A stretch of DNA of 64,000 bases from Tubulanus polymorphus (lineage: Eukaryota > Animalia > Nemertea), in NCBI RefSeq assembly GCF_964204645.1, contig NC_134026.1, positions 28,988,150-29,052,149 on the forward strand, given 5' to 3'. How positions within the stretch are numbered: the stretch's first letter is position 1; every line of letters begins with the position of its first letter. The position numbers and the translations under genes were made by a program. The notes under the pieces are model-generated. The model worked only from the letters and a program-made list of their open reading frames with translations, had not been told where the DNA came from and did not search any database. Shown in pieces: positions 38,001-54,018 of the stretch.

Positions 38001-40596
38001 TAATCATCAGAAATCACCCGTTGCAGCCCGAAAGCTCAATCTGGGGTCAGAACTTAAACAACGCAGGTTTTTTTTATATTTTTCATTGTCGTTACGGAGA
38101 ATAAGACATTGTTTTCAGTTCGGGACAATCAACCGAAAAATTCTCCGTCCCTAAAACCATTCTTCGAAGTAAAATGGTGTGTAGGTGGAAAGTAACAATG
38201 AGATCAGTTTAAGTTTCTTCAAGATCCCCCCAAAAAATTAATGTCCATTTGCAGTATCTCATGCTCCTTAGTTTCCATATTTGGCGTTGTCCGTTATTGT
38301 CATGCAAACAATACTTTCCTTATATGGTCATTTAAAGGCCAAAAGAACCACAATATGCTTCTGTATGATAAGAATAATAAGGCGCTATTGGCATTTATTG
38401 TTCCCGGCTGCAGCCGTATAAAAGACCGGCTTAACAAACATGTTAAATTTTCTATGCAGGGTTAATCAGTGTACGTTTGTATCAGCTATGAAATAAACCG
38501 AAGCGTGCCTGGTGCCCGGTTTATTGTGGACCGTCCATTCTAAAAGAAGATACTGACTGCCCGATTAAGTTCGCTATGTGTATTTGTGTTGTCGCTGTTA
38601 GTGTGATTTATTTTCGGGTAGCGGTGGCTTCTATTTCATGCATGAGAACATGGTTTCTAAGCTTAAACCAACAAAACGTTGACAAAGAATTTTCGTCGAA
38701 ATTTCACCCCGAGATATTAACGTTATGGGACACCAAAAGCGCGAATGCGCGTGTGTTAAAATTCTTCACTCGTCATTTTGAGCTTCATTCTAGGTAGTTT
38801 TTATGTAAGCATATTGCCAAGATGATAGGGTATATCTTGGGCGGTAATTTTATTCCATAACTTATGGCGTTAATTATTGCTTTCAGGACGGCGATCCCTC
38901 GGGCAACTGCCACTCCAAAAAACAGTTTTCCAGTCATGTTTTCGCCACCAATCTCTTGAATTCCATTTAGAATTGTAGAAAATGTGTTCTTCAGTTCGAG
39001 TGATAGTCTTTGTGACGCGAAAGTACCAAATATAAAGCGGCATTTTGACTTTGAGAATCTAAGGTACTCAGACCTGTCATGGTGTTACAAGAATGATTAC
39101 TGGAGCCACCTCTGCGATGTTCGGCCCGGTAATGTGACGAGTTTAACTCCCAAGTACCTAAACTTTAATGATGATGTTGTTGCTGTTTTTGGGTGGTTCC
39201 AGCTCTCTCACGAGTCACAATTTTCCATTCGCGTTGAAGAGGTCTCATTTTTCTCGAATGATTGTCAGAACTTTGAAAAGAGTCGCGTCAATTGAAGAAT
39301 CGCGCTATAACCTTTGTCGTTTAGAATAACATTTAATCGATTTAGCCCGGAACAGGTGGTGACGTTGTACGCTTTAATGACATCTCAATGAAACTCTTTC
39401 AAAAAACAACAAAACTCGAAAGACGTTTTGATGCTCAATGAATCGTAATATCTAACTTCTTAGTGATATCTGATTAAAGGTAACAGGCAATGAAATAATG
39501 CATTGAATGTGTCAAATGCAATTAATTAAAAAACACCCCGAAGTCTTGTAAACTAGGAAATATTATCTTAACGAGTATCTTATTGCATCCCCTATACAAA
39601 AGTCTTAGTCCCTGATTTCACTTGACATGGGACTAATCTTTGTAGCAGCTTTTGGAAAAATAGTTGTGATCATGTAACTGCACCGGAGGAAAAAATGATG
39701 AAACTTAAATATGAAAGCAGGCAAACAAATGTCATAAGTGACGCGACCTAATTCATTGATACTTTCATGACTACCCAAAAAAATGAATCATGATGACATT
39801 GATATTATAAAACCGGTGGCTTTTATTTGAAATAGTGTTTTAAAAAACGACCAAAAAACTCTATCTGTAGCGAGAGAGGAGAATCAAAAATCATCAGCTG
39901 CAGATTATATTTTCTAATTTATATATATACATAGAAACAGTATATATGAGAGAATACCAACAATGAAATCATTCTGACTAAGTCTTCTGTAAAGTAACAA
40001 TAATAACTTTTGTTATACGGAAATTAATGAATGTCGATTTTTACAATGAAATGTCAGATCGGTTTGAACTGTGATTTAGTTGTGTGTGGGATATGAATAC
40101 TAGCAGGTGAACCCCCAGTTGCAGCCACAATATTAGCCCCCTTCTTTTTGTTCGACGCGCGCAAAATATTTACACTCGCCAAAACGGAGTGATCGTTAGA
40201 GCGTATAACTGAAACGACCTATTACAAAACGCGTTCTCTTGTCTCGAGAAACATGTTCCCCGAGACGAGAGGAGACGACGCGATCGTGGAAAATTCACGC
40301 GAAAGTCAAAAACAGGTGGCTTTACTTTAAACGCTTCATCGAATTTTATTATGAGTTTTGATTGAAAATATCGAATGAAGAATTAAAAGCGTGGAAACCG
40401 TAAAATCTAACGGCCCCCGCCTTTTCAAAGTTATTCACAAATTACAAATTTCACACTTAACGCTTTAAAGAAAAAAAATGAATGCACGCTTCTGAACTTT
40501 CTAAGCCATATTGATGATGTCAGATCCCACCTGCTGCGGTCGAAAACTTTAAAAGTTATAAATCATAAAGTTACTTTTTTGAATTGAAGATTCTGA

Positions 40597-40762
40597 AGTA
40601 GAACTCGCTTAATTCGGATTTTTCGATCCAGATTTTCACTTAATTGGGATGAAATATCTGGTCCCACTTAACCTTGAACCATGTCAACTGATTCGGATTC
40701 TAATAAATTCGAAGATATCTGGGCTGTCTCTAGTCATCCGAAATAAGTGAGTTCTTCCGTAT
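40597..40762. mobile_element. Tc1/mariner-type MITE remnant
   Basis: AGAACTCGCTTAATTCGGA ... TCCGAAATAAGTGAGTTCT inverted ends; similar in interior to 63124-63306. Confidence 0.55.
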
Positions 40763-43700
40763 GAATTTCGTGTCCATTAAGTAGTAAAATATGCAGATTT
40801 CAATAACATCTGCTTCACAGATTTAGATTCAAACTGCATCATTGTCTAAAAATAAAATCGTTTTATATTTACCAGTACTGCTCTTGCTATAAGAAATATT
40901 TCTGATACAAAGCTATGGAAACGATCTCGGGCTCCCGCGCGTGCGGGGACAGTTACCGCAGATGCTTCGTACAGATTTACTCGAATGGTTAACCTGTATT
41001 GTAACTGTCCACCCACACTAAACCCCTACACCCCCGTATCAATCTGTTACTAAAAACCCATTCGGATTTTAAAATCTGAATAGAAGGCTTTTTTAGAATT
41101 TCAATTTGTTTCGCATCGCACGTAATAGTAATTTACCTTTGAAATCTAGGAATTGTTTTGTGACAATGAAGGCATTGAGTTGGACATTTTGCTTTAAAAG
41201 TGGATTTTACTTCGAAAAGATGAAATTTTGTAATTTGTAATTGTTGCGGCAAGGTGCTTTCGTTTGATTTGAAATATACTTTCAATCTCTATCTCGAGTA
41301 GCGTAGAAACAACAACACTGGCCGAGTCATCCGTAAATATGCATAACCTAGCGGACAATGACACCGATCATTTTACATCAGTATTCAGTAAGCATTTAGA
41401 CCGCAGACTGGACGAGTGTCTGGTCTACAGTTGTGAACACGTTTTCAAAAAGCTCTTCCTCTTAACAAGTGGCCGTATTCACCAGAGGTCAGAGATAGTA
41501 CAAGTGTGTGTATAAAAAAACAGATGTGGTCCTCATTCTCAAGTACTAATGTCATTGTTTTGTTCGATCTGTTGTCAAATAATTTTCTTTTTTTGTGTGT
41601 CAAGCATTGTCTTGTGTCAATAAATTAATATTTCACTTTCCGATGACCATCACCTGCTGCATGCTGTCGCGTCTTCCACTATACTAAACTATGATTTCTC
41701 TTTTTGAAATTGATCAATATGATTTAATGAATCCCATAAAGACCTGATATTGGCATATAAGAAATATGAATAACCCCTTCATCGGATATCATTTGAAATC
41801 ATAAGAAATATCATTTTTTGAAAGATGCTCTTGTTGTGTGGAAATGAATAGTTTGTGGTTCAGTCCAGTGGCTGTAGAATCTCTCACGCTCCGCCAAACC
41901 ATAAAAGAATTTTACAAATTTTTTAACAAAACACCCGGACAGTGCAGCATCGTGATTGAAATTAGGAGAATCAGGCCGCCTCATTAAGTATTGAAGTCGT
42001 TCGAGATATGACTCTCAATATTATAATAGAAAACTGTAGTTTTGTTGGACACTGGCACGAGTATGCACGTGCCATAACTATGGCTATGCATGTTTTATTG
42101 TGTTTTTTGTCTAGCCATCGGATTTTAATATTTCTGAGTTTAAGAAATGTTTTTTTGAGATTGTCCGGTTCTTTTGTTTGTGTCAGACCCTTACCGATGA
42201 TTGTTTTCATAATTATAGTATCACACTGTCCGATTCGCATTTTTCATCTTTTCCCATGCATAGCCATCTTTTATAGCCTCTGGTGAAAACCGATCTTCTT
42301 TGAGGACTCGTGGCTCACTAGGCAGGTGGTTTTTTATGGTTAGTACCTTTAACCTTTTTATATACAGCGAGACCTCCGTCAATCATTGTTGTGGAGGGAA
42401 TACTTTCACAAAAATCTCTAGAAACCGAGATAATGCAGTAATTAGTGCGATGATTGGGCCTATTGTTCCGTGGGCACAATGGGCTAAAACCAAGTCACCG
42501 TGAGAATTATCGGGCATTTTTACGCTTTGTTAAATCATTAACCAGTTTATTGGACATCTCTCTTCTCTTTATCACAGCGTGTGTTTATATTGTTAATACT
42601 AACGTGAATTCTTATATGCAACTAGTGTGAAAAAGATATTTTTCGTAAACTGAACTGTACCGTCGAGGACAAAAGCTAAGAAATGCAAACCTTGAGACGA
42701 CTTGACATTAGAGAACGAGGAGAAACTTTTGCTGAATCTAAATGTAACGTCAATATGATCCCAAGTCTGACATTCAGGAACCTGTGCCATGGTAGTGGAT
42801 TGAGGTAAAGAGGCCTCAATTTATCTTTATATAACTCTGGAATATGGCGTCCAGAGCAATGAAATGCGAGAAAAAAAATGATATGCCAAATGGGACTTGA
42901 ACTTGATGACGATGAATCGTCCAAGGCCAATGCTCTACCATTTCATTGATTTGTCTCACAGTTTAACCTATCATACGTAGTACACAGTAGAACTAAGCGA
43001 TGAACTATAAAGTTATTAAGATCTTAGTTTTGAAATTATTAGTTGTGGTGATTCTACCATTTCTTGTAGCATTCGGCGGTTACAGCTGACTCCTCCTAAC
43101 TGGAATAAATTTCAATGGTTCTATGAGTTGTCTTCGAGTCAAGTGTTGATTCAACTTGAAAACCCTGAGATAAAGGGACTGTATTGTTCAATTTCTATTG
43201 CGAAGCACATGTACACGGAAAACTACTAAATTACCAAAGCGTTGCGTAGTTCTTGCACGTTTGAATTAGTCGTAAATCCCTCAAATAACCCCCCCCCCCC
43301 CGCTTCATTGGCACGGATTTAATGGCCCCATACTAGTTACTGTACTATCTGACGGACGGAGCAAGTTCAAGTATATGCTACATTATTCCAGAACCTTCTT
43401 TAAATTCCTACCATATTTGTGACATCACTCATTTCCGTGACATCATCTGTGACGTATTGCTCTATTGTGATGTAACACCATAACAAGCGTGGCCTATTTT
43501 GTTTGTTTGCATACCGCAAATAAAAAAATACCAACCACAGAAGAATATATATACACAACACAAGGTATACGCGGTAGAGTAGTGGTTATGAAGTTGGCAG
43601 CCGATGGAGAAAGCGTAGAATGTTCTAACCTGGGAATAGAAGAGCCGTGCTGATAGTCTGAATAACCGGAAACTGTTCTAGAACGTCTAGTGCTTCTGAA

Positions 43701-46700
43701 ATTCCAACACAATTAATCAAATTCTTTGAAGTATAAAAGTTTTTCTTACAAACTCTTGCGTCTGAAGGTCTTAAAAAGTAGATTAACCTAAAATGTTGAC
43801 CTTTTTGTGTCAGGATCGTTACCATTATACACACTTGTTTCTATATCTCAAGAGCTTGAAAACGTCATCCAATGTACTAGTTCCCTTTTTATGGCATCGG
43901 GAATATAAGAACATATTGTTTCAATGTGAATCTTCTGTTACGTTGTTAGAAAAACCCAGTGTTTTTTTTTCTAGACGTGTGTCCATGAATGCACCAAGTA
44001 TGTTAGTCAGTTATGAAATGGGACTCTATACTATCTGTATATCTGGACTGTTTAGGGCAGATCTGGGAAATTCTAAAATGTGCGAGATACAGCGGCCAGC
44101 GTTAGGTTCGAGACCCCCAAAACAGCATTTTTCCAAGCATTTGGAGCGATTTTAAACAAGAGTGACCATCGGAAGTTAATCACTTTCCGCACCAGCAGAT
44201 CTCCATCAAGTACTTCAGCGGGTCAAGTTCTTCTACACCAATAAGGGCATTCTTTAAATGAATTATGGATAACATATACGTTTATATAGATTATATCGAG
44301 TTATCGGGTTATTTTTCCATTTACGGCTTCCTTTGTAACTTATGGATGTTTTGATTTGTATATGGTTCGAACACGATGCTCATCTGGTTGATAACCCCTG
44401 CAGTGACGTATTACTCCCAGGTTCTACAAGTTTCTCGTATTGACGTCATTCACTTCAGTTATAAATAGTCGAGGTTCTGCCAGTTGTTACTGGCTGTAAG
44501 AAAGAAGCGTATCAAGTGTACAAGTTTGGAAGAACCCAGTTTCTAGCTAACGACGACCATGTTACAGAACTAGAAAGTACGAACAACCCATGTCCATAAA
44601 TCAAAGTCTTTATCATCGAAAACATTTCGTTGCATGTTTGCTTAAATGGCGTGCAATTGTGTTTTTTGCTATTTAGTAGATACGTTCATGTTCACAATAG
44701 CGTCTTCATTTGTCTCAGAACCGATCCATGGCTGAAGTATATCTGCGAGTGCCCCATGGCTACAATTTAAAAAGAACCACGTCAGTTTTCACGAATAAGT
44801 TCGAGCGCTTGAGATCCATATTTTGCAGCTGATCCTAACCTTCTCTTGTAGCCCCGTCGGCGTTAAAAATCAGATCTTCATTCGTGACTGACTTCCGAGT
44901 TATGTCCACCATAACCCATGAACACAGATGACTGATTTGTCCACTTATAACACAACACATCCAGACTTAAGAGGAGTACCGTGGATTGGGCCTCCAGCTT
45001 TTCGTACACGTATAAACCATAACCCGAATGATGATGATTTGGGGAATTTATTTCCAAAAAGAATCTAACATTATGTAGTATGATCATTTAAGATTGCGAT
45101 GACTTGTGTGAAATAACGCATCGTTAGCAAATTAACAGTACAGCATGTTCTCATGAGAGATTGAGGTGTTGAGTTCAGTGTCTCTGTGCGCCACATCCTG
45201 TGAGGTTGAGTCGATTAACTCAGTGACTTAGGTGTTAGTTTATCACTTGAACAATTATAATCCTACACCGATATGCTGGCAACAAGTGTAAGATTGTCAT
45301 CTTGGAAAGGTAAAAACCAACTGTTAATGAAGGTACGTTTTCTTATTGGTATAGATGATAACTTACAATATGATCCAGTACACGTGCTTATGACGTATTT
45401 GATATAGAATCCTAATTTCAAACTTTTAGATTTAACGTAGAATTTCATTTCTTGAACTTTCCTATCTTTAGAAGTGACCTCCTTAACAGGTACGCGGCTC
45501 ACCAAAAGCCGTATTGAATACATCATTTGCTAGTTTGGTTGAATTCAGTTGTTCTGGCTGTTAATCACCTGTCATGTACAGAAGGACTGCATCAGCAGAA
45601 TCATTTCGTCCCGCTAATAGGTTTGATCCAACTCGGTAGATGTAGAAATTAAAAATTCTATCGTTTTCCCTATGAATGGAGTATTTCAGCTTGAATTGTT
45701 GTTTTACTTGTCTATATATATAGATTTGCATGTGGATCGACATTATATGATATCTGTTCCACAGGTTTCGAGATTTGAACATTGATGATCAAAGTTACTG
45801 CTGTATAGATCGCTAATGACACCAGCTTTTTAGCATTGTAAATCCATTAACATGGGATTCTGATTATCTATAGTTTTACTAGTATAATTCGATGTAAAAC
45901 ATTCCCACGTGAAGACAACATGGTCAAAATTAAACTATCTTCCTAATCAATAAACAGGAATAACTAATATGATGTAATCTGTAATTGTTTGGATGTTTCA
46001 AAGCTAGAGTATGAAAGGGATTTGTTTGATTTGATTGTGTGGAACAATCATAACTCCAAGGTCCATTTAGAAACGCCAGTGAAAAATACTTAACAGAAAA
46101 AAAGGAAATGAGTTTTTTGCATCAGGCTTATTAATTTTTCGTCACTCGACCGACTTTCGGAAATCATTTTGAGAACAGGACTGTTATTCGTCGATTCGGA
46201 AATAAAGTTTTCATTTTCACATTTCTCCTGCCTTATATGGTGAAGACATTAGCGTAATTATTATTACAGGATATCTATTTTAGTTGTTCTCAAGTCTTTC
46301 GCGATGATTAAATACATGTATCAAATCACCGTACAGCATTAAATCTGTTCTTTCCACACGAAAAGAATCAGATTAGAAGATTACAACTAATGATTCAGTT
46401 TTTAAAATGATTATTTGAGTTATTTTCACTGAACGATCTGTTGGGCAAAATGGAATTAGAGTTTAATTCTATACATTTGAATCTTTTGGAATCTCCTGTA
46501 TGATACCCCTCAATATGGTAATAGAGTGTGGGCATTTTCAAGTAATGGGTTGAATCTACAAGGTGTGTCTCATCTTGACTTTCCGTGTGGTTGGTGTAGA
46601 AAGATATTTGATTTTCATTATATAACTTACTTTTTACCAATTTAAAATCAATTTGTAGTAAAACCTTTCATTCTAATACTCAGGGGCCCAGACAATAGTA

Positions 46701-49700
46701 AACACCTCCACAGTTTGGGTTGTGAATTCGATCGTTCATTTTCAAATACACCTATCTTCATTATTTACCTTGTGTGGGATTTATTATTGTTATTGAGTTT
46801 TTCGAAACCGAATTACTAGTATACGCCAGTTACATCCCACTCATCTTTCTCCAGCACCCAAATAACAATCTCTACATTTCAAACTGTTTCTTTGTTATAA
46901 AAGACATCCCAGTCTATAATCTTCCGTTGTTTCATAAATACATAACTGGTTATTAAGAATAGTAAACATCGTAACTTCTGAGAAATCGAAAGGATATTAT
47001 CAATCTCTGTTTAATGATGCAGGTATGTTTCTGTAAAACGTCTTGTGTTTGTATGTAATGGTGCGATGAAGGAGGGGGGGGGGTTGTTGTCACGACGATA
47101 ATTTTGTAAAATAAGTGTTTACTCAGTTTATTCAGATCTAAATGATCTAAAATTGCTGCTGCAGCATAACACGGAATACGTTTAGTAAACATCACATAAC
47201 AGTTCATTTGCTATTCGCGCTAATACTTGCACTTCCATAATGGCCGCAATGGTGGAACAAACATACATTTCCATCACATACGTTTTGTTATTTTGGTTAA
47301 AGATTTGATAATTCCAATCTTTTGCAATGTTACTTTTAACGATAACAAATAATCCAAAAATATTGAGCTTATACAAACTAATTAGATTTTTTTCATATTT
47401 AGCAATCCAAGAATTTTCAAAAGATGACCGCGGGATAGTGGTATCAGTACATGAAATAAATTTCCTGAATGTAAATTGTCATATAAGACAGATAATAAAA
47501 CACCTCGGGGCCTTGGGTGCTTCACCTTTGTTATTTCCATAATGAATTACTACTAATTGATTGAGTTTATCTCAGCCTTCTAGTTCACTCAAATGAGAAC
47601 TTTCCATCCTGGTAATTCGAGCAAAATCGTCAACCTGATAACATTTACTTCTTCCTTAATGATAGTAAAGAACAACTGTAATCCGTATTATAAACAAACA
47701 CACAGTTAATCATTGCGATGTAAAGGAGTGGTCTGACACACCTCCTCGGCCATCGACTTAGAAACACAGGGTGCTGTTCAAGAAGCTACACCTTGCCCAC
47801 ATGTTTGTCTTGGGCTTATGTGTTCTAGAATATTTAATTCACTTGAAGAACAATTCAACATAAGCCTGGCATATCTGAATGAAAAAAATAAACTATATAT
47901 GTATATATATTTAGAGTTATAGAAATCAAATCAGATCGGATCCATCATATTCATCATCAGCATTCAAGTTATTTATGATAGTACCGAAATATATCAGATT
48001 TTCCCACTTAGTACAATGGATACTGACCAGTTGGGACTCTAAGCCATCGATGGACGCTTGGTGAATATCAAAGATTAATTGATTTAGCGAAAACAATCCA
48101 AGTATCAGTTTGACTGGCTGAATTGAAAGTAGATATTACCTAACTTTCTAGAATAAATGGCGACGATCTGGACGTGTTGTTAATGAATGATGATACGTTC
48201 ATATCCATTACTGTACATTGCAATTTACAAACTTCATCATCCTGATTGAGCCTTGGCCATTAAAGAAAATGAAAAGCTTCATCTATAAATGATTAGTAAC
48301 CGGCAATATCATATCATCTTTACGGCATCGAATGAAGAAGCGATGACAGTCACTTATTATCATTATTACCACCGAATAATTCATCTTAACGACATCTAAT
48401 CTACAGCAGTCAACGTATCTATACCTGACACAATAGATTTCAGTTTTTATAATATACGAACTACTGGAATTCAAGGAATTCAATTGACCGACCAGTCCCT
48501 AAAGATAAGATAATGTCCCCGGTGACAACTGACAACAATATCATACAACTAGATGTTTGAATAGTCGAAGGCACCTTTATTTAGTTAAGTGGTATACTAA
48601 GATTAATGACAAAGTCCATTTTAGTTTCTAAGAGTTCATTTTTCAAAATAAAAAATCACACGAAATACTCCTGATGAATGGTTACTACATTCAATAAGTA
48701 GGTTTTGTTTCATACTGCTGATGGAGTTTCTTTTCTCTTATTTGGCGTCTCTGTTTTCTAATAATAATTTCAATACCTCTGTATTTCGGCCTTGTGGCGT
48801 CGTCACTTCCATTGACGCTATATGCTGTAAATAACGCGCAAAAAACCGGTTTTATTGTCAAAAGTCTGGTGTTTGGGAAACCGCAAAACAGGAAGCCCCT
48901 ATTCACTGAGTGAGATGACATGACTGAATAGCAAAACCACATAAACCACATATTTTGCAGCTCAATGTAATGTAATAAGAGTACTTTTCCTAACACAATA
49001 ATGATCTCTGCGTAGCAAATCACAAAACATATCTCTCATATATGTCAAGACTAGTGATGTAAAGCTGTTAATGTTTATTGCAATGCGGACAAACCTGGAC
49101 AAGTCAATGCTAAAATGCTGACTCAGTGAAATAGGTTTCAGTTTGAATATATAGTTCACCTCTTTGGCCCAATCCCCTCCTCTCATCCTTTCACTTCATC
49201 TTTTCATCTGTATCACTTTTTAAGATATCTCCGAGTGAGTAATAGAAAGGTCTCAAATAGGTCACGTGTGGGTTGTTGCTACTTCGTGGAATCTTATAGT
49301 TAGACTATCAAATATAGGTCGTTTTAACACGCGTACGGCAGGAAGTCTTTTTGAGTTTGATGCTACTTCTTCTTTTCCACAATGCCAATAGCGATTGTCC
49401 GCGTTATCAGGCGTGGACAACCAATCCCGATATTGTCGATATTCTATAAAATATCTAGAAATTGAATACGGCATTTATTGTTGTAATGATGTTCACTTCA
49501 GTTCACTGTTTGATCGTATCTCAGTCAATTATTTCCAATACGCAATAGCTAAGAGTGGATTTGACATGTAAATAGATTTCCCGGTCGAAATGAATTTATA
49601 AACGGACGAGGAGTGTCGTCGTCGTGGTCGTCTTTAATGATGTTGTTGTTGTTTATCTGATACACAAGGTGTGGACAGCGCACATCTGAACGGCGTTGAT

Positions 49701-50339
49701 ACTAATTACTGATTTATTCTGATTGCTCTTAAACCTGTAAATATAGATACAACAGGTCGAAACAAACACTTGTTTTATTATTAGATTCAACCCCACAACT
49801 TTATCATTACAACTGGCAACCCGTAAATCATTTCATAAATAAATATGAAATAGTACTATTTACGATTTTATTCTATAAATGAAACAGATTTTAGATATCA
49901 ACGATTTCATTTCATTCAGCATGTTCATTCTGCCAATACGTGCAAATTGGTCACTGAGGAAACAGTTGTAGATGTTGTATGTACTATACAAAATTTCTGT
50001 GGACACTTCTCTAGAACTTTTGAACTACTAAAATTTGGAATCATTACCATCAAAAGTTGTTTATTTATTATACATGTTATACACTTGTATTTTGGGTGCA
50101 ATGTTACGTTCGTAGTGATTTACTGTGAATAGTTTTATATCTAGGTTATCGTCGCGTTGTCAATATTTTACTACTGATCTTGACCTGTAACATTTCCGAG
50201 TTCCACGAAACATCTCGCGTCGGCTTTGGGTTTCGACGGCATTTTGTCATCCTAATTATTCATCGGCAAAACCCGCTATTCGATCGTTCTAGAGAGAATC
50301 AAAGTGCTCGGCGCGTACGGAAATTTCCGAACACATCCG

Positions 50340-50835
50340 AACAGTGTTCGGAAGTGCTTTCCATATAAGGGAATGACTCAGGGCCGTCTACAATGACGTT
50401 GGTTAACATCACAATCGAGGAATTCAATAGGCTACTTGGCCTGTTCCAAATAAGGAAGTTTCCGGATCGGCAATCTCCGGAAAGTCGATCTAAATATAAA
50501 TAAAACTAGGTCAACGTCTAGTTTCACCATTTATAAACCGAATTTCTATCTGAAACTTCACATAATATGAGAATTTGTTTCAACAAATGTGTATGTGAAA
50601 ACAGATTTTAGTTAGGTGTAGCCAAATTTTCAAAATCCTTTACTACGGCATTTTTCCGAAGATTGACAAGCGAGTACTATAATCTGTATTGCTAGTGACG
50701 TCAGTATTGACGTCATCAAAAAGCGCATCTATAATGAACTAATCTAGCAATCTGATTGGTCGAGCAGAAATAGTATCTGCCATATATGGCAATAGACGTA
50801 AAACAGTTCATTCATAAAAATCTACGTATATAAGG
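50340..50835 (+). promoter_or_regulatory. Immediate-early EGR promoter: 3 CArG boxes with ETS sites, 2 full CREs, AP-1 site, CCAAT, TATA
   Basis: CArG CCATATAAGG 50361-50370 (CGGAAGT just upstream), CCAAATAAGG 50446-50455 (TTCCGG downstream), CCATATATGG 50780-50789; TGACTCA 50374-50380; TGACGTCA 50696-50703 and 50708-50715; TATATAA 50827-50833. Confidence 0.88.
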
Positions 50836-51009
50836 AGAATATCCATTCATTGAACGAGTAAAGACCGAGATAACATAAGGTAAAGAACGTCGTATGGATT
50901 AGATCGGGACTTATACACGTTTATACATATATGATACTGTGTTTTATTCACATCTAGTACACGGACGTATACTTTAACATAGGAAGGGATACGCAATTTA
51001 ACGTTAGTT

Positions 51010-54018
<3,009 letters not shown>

